Source: Hemiscyllium ocellatum
Lineage: Eukaryota
Reading direction: 5' to 3'
NCBI RefSeq assembly: GCF_020745735.1
Contig: NC_083431.1
Coordinates: 44,668,496-44,732,495, forward strand
DNA: 64,000 nt
Part shown: in pieces, positions 1 to 14,573 of the stretch
Position numbering within the stretch: position 1 is the first letter of the stretch
Layout of the letters: the number at the start of each line of letters is the position of its first letter
Notes under the pieces: model-generated
Seen by the model: the letters and a program-made list of their open reading frames with translations, nothing else
What the model was told of the DNA's origin: nothing
Databases searched by the model: none
Made by a program: the position numbers and the translations under genes

Positions 1-400
1 TCACTGAAGGTTGCTTGGTATGAACAATATGAATAATACTGTTGATATCAATTGAAAATCAATTTAGTTTATTATAAAGCGACATTGCATTTCTTACTAA
101 GAATAAAAAGTTAGTGCTCCATTGCTATTTTTATATGTTTCTTCACACCATGGGCAATTCGAATTATTTCACAAAATTTGGGATCGTCTTCTAATCAATA
201 TGACACTACAGCAAATTTGATTTTCATCTGGAGAATGCAAGACGACCATTTAGCCTCTCGAGCTTCATTTACTTTTCAATCTACGGCCTAACCGTAAATA
301 TCCTCTATTTCCATATCCTGCAATATCTTTTGTTTAAAAAAAAATGTAAATCTCAAATTTAACATTGACTGAGCATTGGTGAACATCAGCCACATTGTGT

Positions 401-680
401 GTAGACAGTGGCTCAGTGGTTTGCACTGCTGCCTCACAGCACCAGGGTCCCAGGTTCAATTCCAGCCTCAGGCAGAGTATCTGAGTGGAGTTTGCACATT
501 CTCCCAGCGTCTGCGCAGGTTTCCTCCCACAGTTCAAAGATGTGCAGGTCAGGTGAATTGGCCATGCTAAATTGTCCATAGTGTTAGGTGCATTAGTCAG
601 AGGGAAAGGGGACTCGGAGGGTCGGTGTGGACTTGTTGGGCCGAAGGGCCTGTTTCCACACTGTAGGGAATCTAATCTAA
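401..680 (+). mobile_element. HE1-type V-SINE
   Basis: tRNA-like A box TGGCTCAGTGG and B box GGTTCAATTCC; V-domain GGAGTTTGCACATTCTCCC; CR1-like tail ending in TCTAA repeats. Confidence 0.85.
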
Positions 681-705
681 ATTGTTTCTAATAGTTGAGA
701 GAGGA

Positions 706-1110
706 GCCGGTGTTGGACAAAGTTAAAAATCACACAACACCCGGTTTTAGTCCAATAGGTTTATTTGGAAACACTAGCTTTCAGAGCGCTGCTCTTTCAT
801 CAGGTGGTTGTCGAGTATAAGATCATAAGACACAGGGTTTATAGCAAACGATTAGTGTTTACAGTAATATATTGAACAAACCTGGATTGTTAAGTCATTC
901 ATCTTTCAGAGCGCAGGTTTCAGTTGATTAATATGTAAATCTCAGAACTTCTTTTAAGTCACATTCTAGAGATAACAAGGTTTTATAACAAAAGATAACA
1001 TCTCAGCTCACACAATGTATTAAAAGTGTGAGGTCAGAGTCCGTCTGCATCCCAATCTTGAGCCTGACTCTCTCATGTTTGCCATTCATTTCAGATACCA
1101 CTGCTTGCAT
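706..1110 (-). mobile_element. Penelope-derived pseudo-LTR fragment (family B)
   Basis: Shares sequence with 28330-28690, 54040-54143 and 63945-64000; contains a hammerhead motif. Confidence 0.65.
772..806 (-). ncRNA. Minimal type-I hammerhead ribozyme motif (family B), core intact
   Basis: CAC-CUGAUGA-A-AGAGC(AGC)GCUCU-GAA-AGCU-A-GUG: stem I CAC/GUG, 5-bp stem II, palindromic AGCU helix-III loop. Confidence 0.75.
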
Positions 1111-3015
1111 TTCCAAAAAAAGTTCAAATTTGAACAGGATGCAATTAAAACCATTTTCAGGTACAAAATAAATCTGCTCATAATTTTGTAAAGTTTATGT
1201 ATTTTCAAAATATGATTGCACACTGGGGTTTGGTTTCTCAGTCTCAAAACTGCAATTGAGTATTCCTGTCTGCAGACCATTGTTATTTTTGCTAGCTTGT
1301 AAACTACACATAACTAACTGGTTAACTGAAGATATTTTGCCAAGTGAAAAATTTAAAGAAAATAGAAAATCAGGAAATAGTCTCCTCTAACTAGCCATAG
1401 TATAACCACTCTTACCTTCTACTAGCTCTGTTTACTTGCCCTCATTGGTTGAATTTTTAGTAGCTTCCTCAGTTTTATTTATTCGTGTGTTGTGGACATT
1501 ACTGGTGAGGCCAGCATTTATTGGCTTTCCCCGATAGCCAAGAGGGCAGTTAAGAGTCAACTACATTGCTATGGGTCAGCACTTACACAAAGGTCAGATC
1601 AGGTAAGACATCAGATTTCCTTCCTGAAAGAAAATTAGCAGTTGGGTTTGTATGACAAGTTGAAAATGGGTAAATGGTCACCATTAGGCTAGTTCTTTTT
1701 CCCCTCAGATTATTAGTGAGTCCAAATTTCACCGTCTGTCACAGGGAGCTTTAAATCAACCTTCTGTGAACTTTTGGCTGGGGATTGGATTACTTGGACC
1801 AGTGACATTGCCACTGCACCACCATCTTGTTCCTCTGCTTTTTCCTTTGTCTTCTCTGCCATCGCTCCATCTCATTGCCCCTTCCCTCATTTACCCACTC
1901 TTCTTCATCTCTTACTTTCCATCTCCTACATTAATTTCATTATACCTATGTTCCGACCTCTCAAACTCAAAAATTCAAGCGTTCTTGATTATGTGTAAAC
2001 ATGAAGGAGGTTTTAATATTGATAAAGCATATGTCTCAACTGCATACAATCACACTTTGAAACCCAGACAGGTGTGAAGTAGGCAGATGTGTCAGTGCAT
2101 GAGACAACTATGCCGCAGAAAGCAAAGCAATCGAATGAGTTGAATTGTATTGTTGTTGATGGTGCTTGAGGAAGTGATGCAAGTCAGATTTTTTTTGATT
2201 TAAGCACTGCGGACAAAGTCAGAATTTATTACCCATTCTTAATTGTCCTCATGAAAGTGATGATGGGTGCCTTTTTTTTAAACTCCTGCAGTTTACAATG
2301 CTATAAGGAAATGGGGGCATTCCTGGATCTTGGCTGAGTAACAGTGAAGAAATGGTGACATACTTCCAAGTCAAGATGCTGTATGGATTGGAGGGGAAAA
2401 TTGCTATGATGTTCCCATGCATTTATTGTCTTCGTCCTTCTAGGACAGCAAAGATCACAGATTGGAAAATGCTGTTGAAGGAATCTTGGTGAGTTGCTTC
2501 AGCATATTCTGTACGTGGCACACACGGCAACCACTGTGCATTGATGTTAGAGGAATTGAACATTTAGGGTGACGGATTGGGTGCTTTCCCCTGACTGGTA
2601 TTAAGCTTGAAAATATTACATCAAACCCCTGGCTTATGAACCATAGAGTGGATAAGCTTTGGGGAGTCAGGTGGTCAGTTATTCAGCGTACAATTCCCAG
2701 CTGACCAGTTCTTGTCACTGCAAAATTTTGTGAGCTCATCCAGTTTAGTTTCTGGTCTTTCGTAAACTCCAACATGTTGATGGTGCAATGCTGTTAGTAT
2801 GGCACTTAAGTGGGAAGTTTGAATGTTATCCAGGTTTTGCTGTATATGATTACAGAGTGCTTCAGCTTCTGAGGAGATGCGAATGGAATAGCAATCATGC
2901 AATGAGTGTCATTGATGGAGCAGCTGAAGATGACCAGGCCTACGGTATCATCCTGAGGAACTCTTCCAGTGTCCTGCAGCTCCCAACAATTATATCCATC
3001 TTTCTTTACACCCAA

Positions 3016-3228
3016 AAATAATACAAAAGAACTGCAGATATTGGATATCTGAAACAAAAACAGATATTGTTCGAGAAATTCAGCAGGTCTAGCATTATCT
3101 GTGGGGAGAAAACAGAGTTGACATTTTAAGTCCGTTGACTAGGAGTCACCGGAATCAAAACATTAACTGCTTTCTCCCCACAATGCTACAGACCTATTCA
3201 ATTTCTCCAGCAGTTTCTGTTTTTGCAC
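3016..3228. mobile_element. Fold-back PLE pseudo-LTR mini-element (family C, old)
   Basis: Inverted arms around a decayed hammerhead stem II/GAAA region; TSD CTTTACACCCAA (3004-3015) / CTTTATGCCCAA (3229-3240), differing by CpG decay. Confidence 0.65.
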
Positions 3229-4573
3229 CTTTATGCCCAACTTGACTTCACTCGTTAAAAATTTTATACAGATTCCCACTAACTTCAATTTTGCTTGGGC
3301 TCCTTGACATCACATTTGGTTAAATGGTGCGAGAAGATCTCCCCAGTCTTCCAACTGCAGCACAAATCTTTAATATCCATCTGAACAATCAGAACAGTAC
3401 ACCTGATGGATGGGAAAGGCACCGCCTATGAAGCATTGTAACTTCAATTTTTGCTCAGGCCCTGACGCGAGGTTCAAATTCATAACCTTATAACTTTAAC
3501 CCACTTACATTAGATCCTATCAAAACATAATAAACTTGTTTTGCTGTGCAGCAAATTGGACCACAAGACACATTCCTATCTGGTGTCGAAAGTGTTCCAG
3601 TGTTGTTCCATTTGGAATTTAATTTATTTCAGCTGCAGAAATTCTTTCAAGTCAGCACTAACTTATTAGTACATTCCTGAAGTAATAGTTTATAATAGTT
3701 GCACAGAAGAAATAATTTCAGACTTAGAACAATGCCATCTGTTATTTTATCGATACTATGTGGACATGCAGCTGCAGTAGGTTAACAGTTTCTCAGTAAC
3801 AACAGCAATGCTACAAGTGAAATGTCATCACTGCAGGCTAAACATAATTTAAGAGTCCTGAAAAAGGGTGAACATTGCAGCCAGGTTTCTTTTAAGTTGT
3901 TTTACCAGCACTTTGTCTTTACACCGGTTTTCACCACGTTAGGCAAAACTTAATAGTGCTTTGGGAATACAGTTTGAAAAAAAAACACTGTCAGCAAACC
4001 GTTATAAAAAGGAATCGGAAAATTTACATTCACAAAATTGGTGAAAAAGGGCCTTAGAGAGGAACATGAAACAGCACAGCAAATCCAATATAGGCTAACA
4101 TTCCAAGATTCTTTACAGATGGTAAAAAACTAAAATGGATTCTAAGAGCAAGCAATTGGAAGAGGTAAAAAAATGTAATTACAGAGATGGACTTTGAAAG
4201 CATTTAAAGGGGGAAAAGCAAAAATATTTAAAAAGGGAACTGTAGAGAGCAACCAAAGCTGCTAAAGGCTCTTGCTCCAATGAAGAAATAGAATATAAAT
4301 AGAAGCTGAGAATCAGAAGGGGCTTACACAGCTGGAGCAAGCTGAAGAGGAAAGGATAAAGATCACCTAGGGTACAGTCTACAGAGGATGACTGAGGATT
4401 ATAAACATAATGCAATTAAAAAAGCGCAAAGAGATCAGGTTCCTTCTCACAAATCATTAGATAAACTGCAACTAAATCCCTTCTTCCTCTAGATCACCCA
4501 TATTAGGCTCCAAGACAGAAATACAAAACAATTGCTGAGATAATAATAAAAATTAAAAACTATGGTTATTGTG

Positions 4574-4901
4574 GAATCCTGTAATGTGGAAGCAGGCCAT
4601 TTGAGTCCAGACCAACCCGCTGAAGAGCATCCCACGAAGTCTCACCCCTTACCGTATACCTGCAAATCTTTATTTCCCATAGCTAATCGACCTAACTTGC
4701 ACATCCCTGGACATTGTGGGGCAATTTTAGCGCGGCCAATCCACCTAACCCACACATCTTTGGACTTTGGAAGGAAACTGGAGCACCCAGAGAAAACCCA
4801 CGCAGACACAGGGAGAATATGCAAACTCCACACGGACAGTCATCTGAGGCTGGAATCAAACCCTCAGTGGGGAGTGAGGCAGCAGTGCTAACCACTGTGC
4901 C
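4574..4901 (-). mobile_element. HE1-type V-SINE
   Basis: Same motifs on the minus strand. Confidence 0.85.
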
Positions 4902-7900
4902 TAAAGTCCTAAGGAAACTAAAGCAGCATGGATTTAAAGTTGGCTGAGTGACAAGAGAGAGATTAGTGTCGATGAGTTATTCTAAACCTTTCTCAGACAC
5001 TGTTCTTTCTTCAACTGGAGTATTGTATTCAATTCTGGGCATCATTGTTTATGAATGATGTGGAGCCACTGCAAAGGGTGCAGAAATATTTACAAGAATT
5101 GTTCCAAGATGGTGGGAGACTTCAATTAAGGCTGAGAGGAGATTTGTTTGGGGTATTCAGTATCAGACTAGGTCTGGACAGCTTGGAGGAGAAGATGTTC
5201 CCATCAGCAGAGTTGAGAATGAAAGGACAATAATTTTAGGTAAATAGCAAAGAACCAACAGTAACTGAAAGAATGATTACATTATATATTGGGTGGAATG
5301 CATTGCCTGACAGGATGGTGGAGGCAAGTTCAATTATTGCTTTCTAATGGGAAATTTTATTTTTTTGAAAAGAAAATGTGCAACGCAATGGAGAAAAAAA
5401 AGGGGAGTGGTACCAGGCCAGTTACACAGTACGATGTGGCCTCCTTCTATGCTACAAATATTCCATAAAATTAAGTCAAAAGAAATTTTGACAGGATTCA
5501 AAACTGACAAGTTGAGATGATAACAGAGGTATTGTATCACTGGTGAGCCAGGATCTAGAGGGCATTAAAAAAAAGACAGGAAAAGAATTTATAAATGTTC
5601 ACTTTTTGAAGAAAAAAAATGGCTAGTAAAGACATGATACACCCAACTAGGAACAGCTTGCTCATAAAGGTTGGACTACAGCCAACTTCAGGCTTTAAAT
5701 TCACCCCACTAACCAATATGGTTCACTTCCCTTACAAATGCACAAATAAATGATTCATGGTGCTTTGTGGACCAAATCCATAAAATCTGATAATAACAGC
5801 TTTCCAGTTGCCAGAATGTATAGAAGCTGAAAGAAGTTGTGCAGAGGTAAAACATGGAGGGTTACACAGTTATTAATGCCTAAACAAAAAAAAACTGAAT
5901 TCAAGCTAAGGTTGAGAGTGATTGCCGTTGAGATCAAGCCAACAGATGACAAAATATATCAAGAAACTCTAACAAAACCACAAATGCGAATTTTTTCGTG
6001 AGGGTGTTTGTGGGAGAAAGACGACTCTGAACTTACTACAATCATATCTCTAGAAGAAAGGAGGGCTGTGGTTTTTCTGAGGACAATTATTAGTATTTTG
6101 TTGCCTGCACAGTGAAACTCCTCATATGAAGGTAGTTGATACCCAAATGCAGTGAGACCTAAACAACATTCTAGTGTGGGCTATTAAGGGTCAAGGGCAG
6201 CATAAATTTTACATGTTCCAGATAATGAGAGAATATCACAATCTCCCTTGATGATCAACAGCAATGCCATAGTTGAATGTCTCACTGTCAACATCCTGTC
6301 ATCAACATCATTCTGTGGTCAGCAGTGACCTGAAACTTAAATTAGCCTAATCATACTGTACTAGTCTAGGTTTTAGTTTTGTATACTGGGTTACAAGAAC
6401 AGATCAAAAGCTGGAAATCCTGCAGCCAGCCATCACCATCTTACTCCCCAAAATCTGTCCACTATCTTCAAGAAATGATGGAATACTCTCTCCTTGCCTA
6501 TATAAGTATAGCTCCAATAACAGAAGGAGCTTGACACCATACAAGATGAAGCAACTGACTCGATTGGCACCTGATCAATCACCTTTAATATTCACTGCCT
6601 CCACCACTGGAAACAACATACCAGATGGACAAGCCTAATAGTATTATCAATGGACTGTTAATTCAGAGACCCAGGTAATGTTGTGTGGATCTGGGTTAGG
6701 CAGATAGTGGAATGTGATTTCAATAAAATTTGGAATTACAATGACTATGAATTGATTATTAATTGTAAGAAAAACCCATCTGGTTCACAGTTGTCCTTTA
6801 GGGAAGACGACCGCCATCCTTACCTAGTCTGTTTTACATGTGACTCCAAACCCACAGCAATATGTTTGAATCTTAACTGGCCTTTGGAAAATTAGGGATA
6901 GGCAATAAGTGCTGGCCTAACCATGATGCCCCATACCCATGAACAAATATTTAAGATAACTTAACAAAACCCCTTCAAGAAGTGGAGAGCTTCCTTCCAA
7001 AGCAATATACCATATTTTCTAACTGGATTTTAATTGTTGCAATTACATTGACTGATGTTGCACGTAAAGACCATGAGGAAGTATCTACACAGCTGACTAC
7101 AGGCATCCTTCTGCAAGTTAAAAGTTCCAACGGGCAATTACTTGGCATCTGGAGGCCTCCAAAAAGATCCCAGTTTGGTGTTAGAATCAGAGAGACCAGG
7201 CCTGGAGGCTCACTGCAGGCTGAGTCTTGATCAAAAAGGTTCTTACAGACACAGCAACCCCAGGAAGGACACTGCTTAAACAGAGAGCAGAAGTTGACTA
7301 CTAACAAGGACAGTAGAGTGGAATGAGTTTTGGCAAGTCTAAAAGGGGCCAGATATTTAAGCAAGTGCCAGTTATTGAATGGCAACCGAGGCCTTGGGAA
7401 GGCACTCAGTCCATCAGGGTAGAATTGAAGTTGTTTTTTCTCAAGTGTTTCCTGAGAAGATGATCTTGATTGCTGTCAACACAGCATGAAGATTTCACCA
7501 AAAATCCTTAGGCAGCATCTTCCAAACCACAGCTACCTCCATGTGGATGGACAAGGACAGCAGTTACTTGGGAAAACAATCACCTGCAAGTTCCCCTCCA
7601 AGCCACTCACCCCACCCTGACTTGGGAATATAATCACCATTCCTTCACTATCATTGCATGAAAGTTCACCACTACCTTCTCAGTGCAACTTTGTACAGAC
7701 AATAAATGTTAACCAGCCAGCAACTCCCAAAGTCCACAAGCGAACAAATGAAAAAAGCTCTCTGCTTAATCTCTCACACTAGCCTCCAGAAACCAAAAGA
7801 ATAGAAAGCAAGGTTAGTACTATTGCTTCGTATACCTGGGTGAAGAGGTGATGACCTTAATCAGCAGTTCCAAAAGAGAACAACCAAGGATTTCACACTA

Positions 7901-8467
7901 TGCCTGTTAAACAATGCATCATGAAAGCCATTTAAATAATCTAATAATCTGGCCTGTTTGTTATTTTCTTTTTATTTACCCCCTTAACTCTGTCAGTCTA
8001 TTTGTCTTTAGCCCTTGTTCACATAAATGTTTTGGATTTAAAGCATGGACATTAATGAGTTTCCCTGTATTTAATTTTTCCTCTGTTAAAGTTATTGTGT
8101 AGGGTGCATTATTGTTTGAGATACAAAACCATTGTCTGGAATTGGTTATGCAAAAAGTCTGGGATTTGTTTAAAAGTCTGATCAGGGAACCACTGTAGTA
8201 ACTCCGGAGGGTCTTCGACAGTTTAATTTTACTATGTTGCGAATATAAAGGGAGAAAGGCTGATTTGGTTTGGCTGTCTGTCTCCATATCGTAATGCCAA
8301 CTCCACTCAAGATTAACCATCCCCTCAAAACAATTCCGTTCGCCCAAATCCCAATTAATTACCTTGGACATCATCTCCCCTCTTGACTTAACCTGACTGG
8401 ATTGCAATCTATTTGTCCTCAACCCCAGACCACACCTATCTAATCACTACCAATTACAGAAATATTA

Positions 8468-8790
8468 CAGAACACCTACAGTGTAGAAGCAGGCCATTTG
8501 GCCCATCAAATCCACACCGACCCTTGAAGAACATCCATCAAGACCCACCATCTATCCTATCCCCATTTTCCCATGGCTAATCCACCTAGCCTGCACATCC
8601 CTGGACACTATGGACAATTTAGCATATCTAATCCACCTAACCCACACAACTTTGAACTATGGGAGGAAACAGGACACCCAGAGGAAATCCACGCAGACAT
8701 GGAGAGAACGTGCAAATTCCACAGTCGTCGAGGCTGGAATTGAACCCAGGTCCTTGGTGCTGTAAGGCAGCAATACTAACCACTGAGCCT
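8468..8790 (-). mobile_element. HE1-type V-SINE
   Basis: Same motifs on the minus strand. Confidence 0.82.
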
Positions 8791-9999
8791 GATACTCATG
8801 GCCAACACTCCCCCACCCCCACCCCCAACCGATTCTCTTCCAAACACTTCAACCTCATCTTGTCTTCATCTACCATCTACCCTCTTATCCATACACATCA
8901 CTCACCCATATTCATTCACTCGAAATCATTTTAAAAAATTGAGCAAAAGCAAACTAGATTTTGACATTAAACTTTTAAGGTCATTAAGGTCTTAATCATT
9001 AAGAAATGATTTCACAATTAAGTAACATTAAATGCTTAAAAGAAATGGAAACATAATTAAAAAGCTAGATAACATCTAAATAATGCTTTGTTATGCTTGT
9101 CTTGTGGTTATTTCTATGCTATTTGCTACTGCCACAAAGGGGTGTTCACAACCAGGTCATCTGGTGTTTGGCTGATGATGATTGGTGGCTTTGCCTCCCG
9201 AGCACTACATTCAGGCTTAGACAGGAGCCCACAATGGAAGCATCCAGAACAAACCAGATTGAGAAGTCTTCCATCAAATATACAGAAAAGTAAATGGGCA
9301 CTTTTCAATATGATTATCATTGGATGGATGTATTCCAATATAAAATGAGGTTCTGGATCATTGCCGTTGCTAGTTGATAGGACAACAGCAGCTAACACAC
9401 AGGGACACCATGACCTGCAGACTCTCCTCCACACACCATCTTGACTTAGAAGGATATCACCAGCACCTTCTCAGCAGCAAACTGGAGATCAAATGCTGGC
9501 CATGGCAACAATGTTTACATCCCATGAATGATTAAGAAAACAATTGATTTTAGCAGTAATAGGTTACAAGAAATTGGATGGCAGGGATCAAAAGCAATCC
9601 TTCCAGTTTATGTTAAAAACTACTCAGTGTTTAATAATCAAAAATTACAAATAAGACTCATGTGAATTTATTATTGATAGATTAGATGACACAAATAGGT
9701 GAAACGAAAGTCTCGTATAAGATTTGACCTTAACGATCTTGGGAACAAAAACGTTATTGTGTGTTGGAACCAATATACAAGCCACTGTTCCTATAATCCA
9801 CTCAATGCCAGCTACAGCAATCAATGTTTGAGGCCACGCTAAACTCCCATGGAGGAGTTATGCAGGCCAAATACACCATGTGTGAATTTCTAACTGTGAC
9901 TATGGAACTAGTAAGTTCCACCAATTCCTAAAGAAAATATTTTTTAAAAATAGGATCTTTATAAAATCAGCAGCCTACTTATGTCAACTTGGATTTCCT

Positions 10000-10280
10000 G
10001 GTAGCATGTTCACTTCTGAAATCAGAAAACCTGTGTTTATCCATGCTGTACATCTCTATGACTCTAAGTAAGCAGGAATCGAGTGTGTAATTTAGGCTGA
10101 CAATTAGGTGCATACTGAAGAAGCCAGTGAGGCAGAGGCTGTCTTTTGATTTAAGATGTTAAACTGAGGTCTTGACTACCCTCTTGAAGAGCAGGGAAAT
10201 ATGCCTGGGATCCTAGACAATATTTATCCTTTGTTTCCAGTAAAATTTCTGTTTGTAGGATTTTATTATAATAAAATGAC
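10000..10280 (+). mobile_element. Old Deu-domain SINE (SacSINE1-like); further copies at ~18500-18870 - and ~33580-33910 +
   Basis: GATGTTAAACTGAGG...GAAGAGCAGGG...CCTAGACAATATTTATCC resembles the Deu domain. Confidence 0.55.
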
Positions 10281-10429
10281 AAGTTAAGACCACCGATTTG
10301 AGGTCTGCACAAGGGTCAATGGACTCAAAACATTAACTTTTTCTCTTCACGGATACTGCCAGAGTTGCTGAGTTTCTCCAGCAACTTCTGTTTTTGTTTG
10401 TGGGTTTTGACTGTTGTGTTAGCAACAAA

Positions 10430-12730
10430 CTCGCCTCTGAGCTTACCTTTTCAATCAAGACTCCTACCCACCTTCCAAGGACCCCTTTGCCCGCCTCCAA
10501 CACAGTCCATCCACCTGGACGCCCCGTGCCAGTACCTGCCCTTGACCTCTATTTCCAACTGCCACCAAGATACCAATTGCCTCAGCCTGTCTACCCCCTC
10601 CCCCACTCCAATCCCTCACCCTCATAACGTGCAACTCTCTACTCCCTCTGCTTCAACCCCAACCTCACCATCAAAGTAGAGGATGGGGGGAGGGGGGTGC
10701 AGTGGTAGTTTGGCATACTGACCTCTACACTGCTAAAGCCAGATGCCAACTCGAAGACACTCCTCCTACCAGCGCCTTGACCATGATCCCATCCCCCCAT
10801 CACCAAACCATCATCTCCCAGACCACACACAACCTCATCACCTCTGGAGATCTACCACCCACAGCTTCCAACCTCATAGTCCGGGAACCCCGCACCACCT
10901 GATTCTACCTCCTACCCAAGATCCACAAGTCTGACCACCCCAGCCAACCCATTGTCTCAGCCTGCTCCTGCCCCATTGAACTCAGCTCCACCTACTTCGA
11001 TACTGTCTGATCCCCACTGGTCCAGGAACTCCCCACATACATTTGGGACACCACCCACACCCTCCACCAACTCCAAGACTTCCGTTTCCCCGACTCCCAA
11101 CGCCTCATCTTCACCATTGATATCCAGTCCCTCTACACCTCCACCCACCATGGCCAGCCTCCAAACCCTCCATTTCTTCCTCTCCCAACGTCCCCGCCCG
11201 TACCCTGCCACTTGACACACATTTGTTTGGCTGAACTGGTCCCTCACCCTCAACAAACTTATTCTTCCAATCCTCCCACTTCCTCCAGACGATAGGGGTA
11301 GCCACGGGCACCCACATGGGCCCCAGCTATGCCTGTCTCTTTGTCGGCTACATAGAACAGTTCATCTTCCAGAGTTACACCGGCACCACTCCCCACCTCT
11401 TCTTCTACTACACTGATGACTGCATTGGCGCCACCTCATGCTCCCGTAAGGAGATTGAACAGTTCATCAACTTCACCAACACATTCCACCCTGACCTTAG
11501 GTCCCCCTGGACCATCTCTGACACCTCACCTTCTTTCCTGGGCCTCTCCATCTCCATCAATGGTAACCGACTTAACATTACAAAGCCACCAACTCCCACA
11601 GCAATCTGGATTACACCTACCCCAACCCTGCCTCCTGCAAAAATGTCATCCCCTATTCCCAATTCTTCCGTGTCCACTGAGTCTGGTCCCAGTTCCACCA
11701 CAGAACACACAAATGGCCTCCTTCTTTAAAGACCGCAATTTCCCCTCCCACGTGGTTGAATATGCCCTCCAACACATCTCATCCACATCCTGCAACTCCG
11801 CCATTGAACTCCACCCCTCCAACTGCAATAGGGACAGAACCTCCCCAATCCTCACCCTCCAACCCACCAAACTCCATATACATCGCATCATCCTCCACCA
11901 TTTTCGCCACCTACAAACAGACCCCACCACCAGATATATCTTTCCCTCCCCATCCCTATCCGCTTTCCATAAAGATTGTTCCATCCGTGATTACCTGGTT
12001 TGGTCCAAACCCCCAACAGCCCACCCTCCCCTCCTGGCACCTTCCCCTGCCACCGCCATACATGCAAAACCTACGCCCACACCTCCTCCCTAAGGGAACC
12101 TTCGACATCCAAAGCTCCACTTGCACTTCCACACGTGGCATTTACTGTATCCGTTGCTCGCGATGTGGTCTCCTCTACACTGGGGAGATTAGCCACCTCC
12201 TGGCAGAGCGCTTCAGAGAACACCTCTGGGACACCACGCCAATCAACCCCACCACCCCTGGCTGAATATTTCAACTCCCCCTCCCACTCTGCCAAAGACA
12301 CGCAGGTCCTGGGCCTCCTCCATCGTCATTCCCTCACCACCCAACATTTGGAAGAACGTCTTTGCTTCCGCCTCGGGATCCTTAAACCCCACGGCATCAG
12401 TGGATTTCACCAGTTTCCTCATTTCCCCTCCCCACACCCTACCCCAGTTCCAACCTTCCAGTTCAGCACAGTCCCCATGACCTGTCAATCTTCCTTCCCA
12501 TCCTATCACCTTCCCCACCACCTTACTGTGCTCTCAGCTACTGTCCCCCAGCCACTCCACCCCCCTCCCATTTATCTCTCCACCCCCGAGACTCCCAGCC
12601 TCATTCCTGAGGAAGGGCTTTTGCCTGAAACTTTCCTGCTCCTTGGATACTGCCTGACCTGCTATGCTTTTCCAGCACCACTCTTAATCTTGACTCTAAT
12701 CTCCAGCATCTGCAGTACCCACTTTTGCCT
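10430..12730 (+). mobile_element. Penelope-like element (Neptune-type), 5'-truncated and frameshifted
   Basis: RT motifs FYLLPKIHK, GVATGTHMGPSYACLFVG and YTDD; Cys linker GTFPCHRHTCKT; GIY-YIG IYCIRCSRCGLLYTGE...ERFREH; 3' pseudo-LTR with hammerhead remnant at ~12603-12632. Confidence 0.88.
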
Positions 12731-14573
12731 GTTTGGTAAGAACACCTACAAGCAAAAGGTAATGCAACCAACTATGAAAGTTACTATAAAAATGAACATT
12801 CTTGCAATTTAATGCCTCAGCAAAACAGGTCTCAATCATTTAAGCAATGTTCTAACATCTACGAAGGGCCTGTTTCCACACTATAGGGATTCTGTAGGAA
12901 TTGTTTCGGTCAAATTACTGGTCTTTGTTAATCAAACATATGAAAAACTCTCAAACAACTAGAAATTTAACAAAGTACATCGCAACTCATGTTAAAAAAA
13001 ATCAAAACTAAAGTTTTGAGCTACAGATTGCATTTCAATTTAAAATGGAAGTCAAAAACCTAAGGCAGCTTTATTTGTTCTCTTCTCATCCACCCAGAGA
13101 GAGCCTGTTTGTGTTGTGCTGTGCAAGGCTGAAGGTGCCTTTTGTCTCGTGGTTGAATAGTCAAGCCAAATAAATTCCCTCATGCCAGATTTCAATATTA
13201 AGATGAAGGTGTAGAAAGATTCTAAATTTGAACAATGAAAACTGTAGTTTTGACATGACAATTAAGATGTCTGTAGGGACTGTTCGCTGTAGGGAGCATT
13301 TAACTTTCTTGACAGCCAGCTTTAAGGTTGCAAACACCTTCAATTTTCTGGTCATGTACAAGCAATTCAATAATTCCCTTGTGGAGGAGGTACTGACAAC
13401 AAACCTCAACCTATTCAGCTTTGTGAATGCACATCTTTACATTAAGTGTTTGAATCATTCCTTATATCAGTTTAAGTCTAGATCTAAAATCACAAATGCA
13501 AATAAGGAATCTTATGTTTGACTTGAGAAAGTATACATTTGTCTTGCTTCATTTCAGACTTAAAATCCCTGAAAAATGAATCTTTACGTACTATTGCAAG
13601 TTAATAGATTTCCACAGCACTGCAGAATCGCAGAACGTCAACTTAAGGTCAGAGTGCCAAGAACCCAATTTCTCCAATCTTAGTTGCAACTATGGGAAGA
13701 TACCAAAGAAAGTGTCTTTTTTTAAATTTCATGAGCTGTAAGTATCAATGACAAAATTAGTATTTGTTGCCCATCCCTAATCACCCTTAAATTGAGTGGC
13801 TTGCTATGCCATTTCACAGGGCAGTTCAAAGTAAACCACACTGCTGCGAGTATGGAGTCACACACAGGCCAGATTAAGGTGGCAGATTTTCTTTATCAAA
13901 AGCCATTAACAAACCAGATAAATAGGTTTTTGAAATAATCTTGAGTTGTGTTGTGGCACAATCCGCTTTTGAATTATTTAACTGAATTTAAATTCAAACT
14001 TCCAATCCTGGGATTGGGATCCATTTCTCTGGGGCAACAGTCAGCGCTTCTGAACCAACAGTCCAGTGATATTACCACTACCTCAATATCTCTCTGAAAC
14101 AGGGAGGGGGAAAATCTGAAATATATAGCCTAATCACAATGGTGACTATTACCAGGGAATCTAATTGAAATGATTAGTCTCGCAATTAAATATTAACACA
14201 CCTATTCGTTAGTTTTGATAGTCCAGACAAACTATGGTGCGATGGAAAAGTTTTAATCTTTAATAGGGCTAATGTTTGATTTCCTCATAATTTTGGGAGA
14301 AATGAGCTCCAAATACATGCATGTTGCTCGAAAACGGAACCTCGTTTCAGTCAAAACACCTCAGACTTAAATCGAATGCAATTTACTGAAGAAAGGTGGA
14401 AATTAAGAAAGATATCTGCACCTTTAAATGAACATTTAGGTCCACAATGAACCACTGACAGCAACACCAAAGGTGAAGCTGAGGACTGGCAAGGATCAGT
14501 ACGTTTCCGGACAGCAGTGAAGGCAGTACTGAGGGGATCTTGCTGAGTTTTGGGAGCGAGGGGCTGGTCTTAC

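Noticed and set aside
401-470. tRNA gene (also at other A/B-box sites)
   Set aside because: These are SINE heads continuing into SINE bodies and tails.
11416-12812. Long Pro/Ser/His-rich ORFs (225, 169 and 270 aa) as novel genes
   Set aside because: Shifted frames of the C-rich Penelope element.
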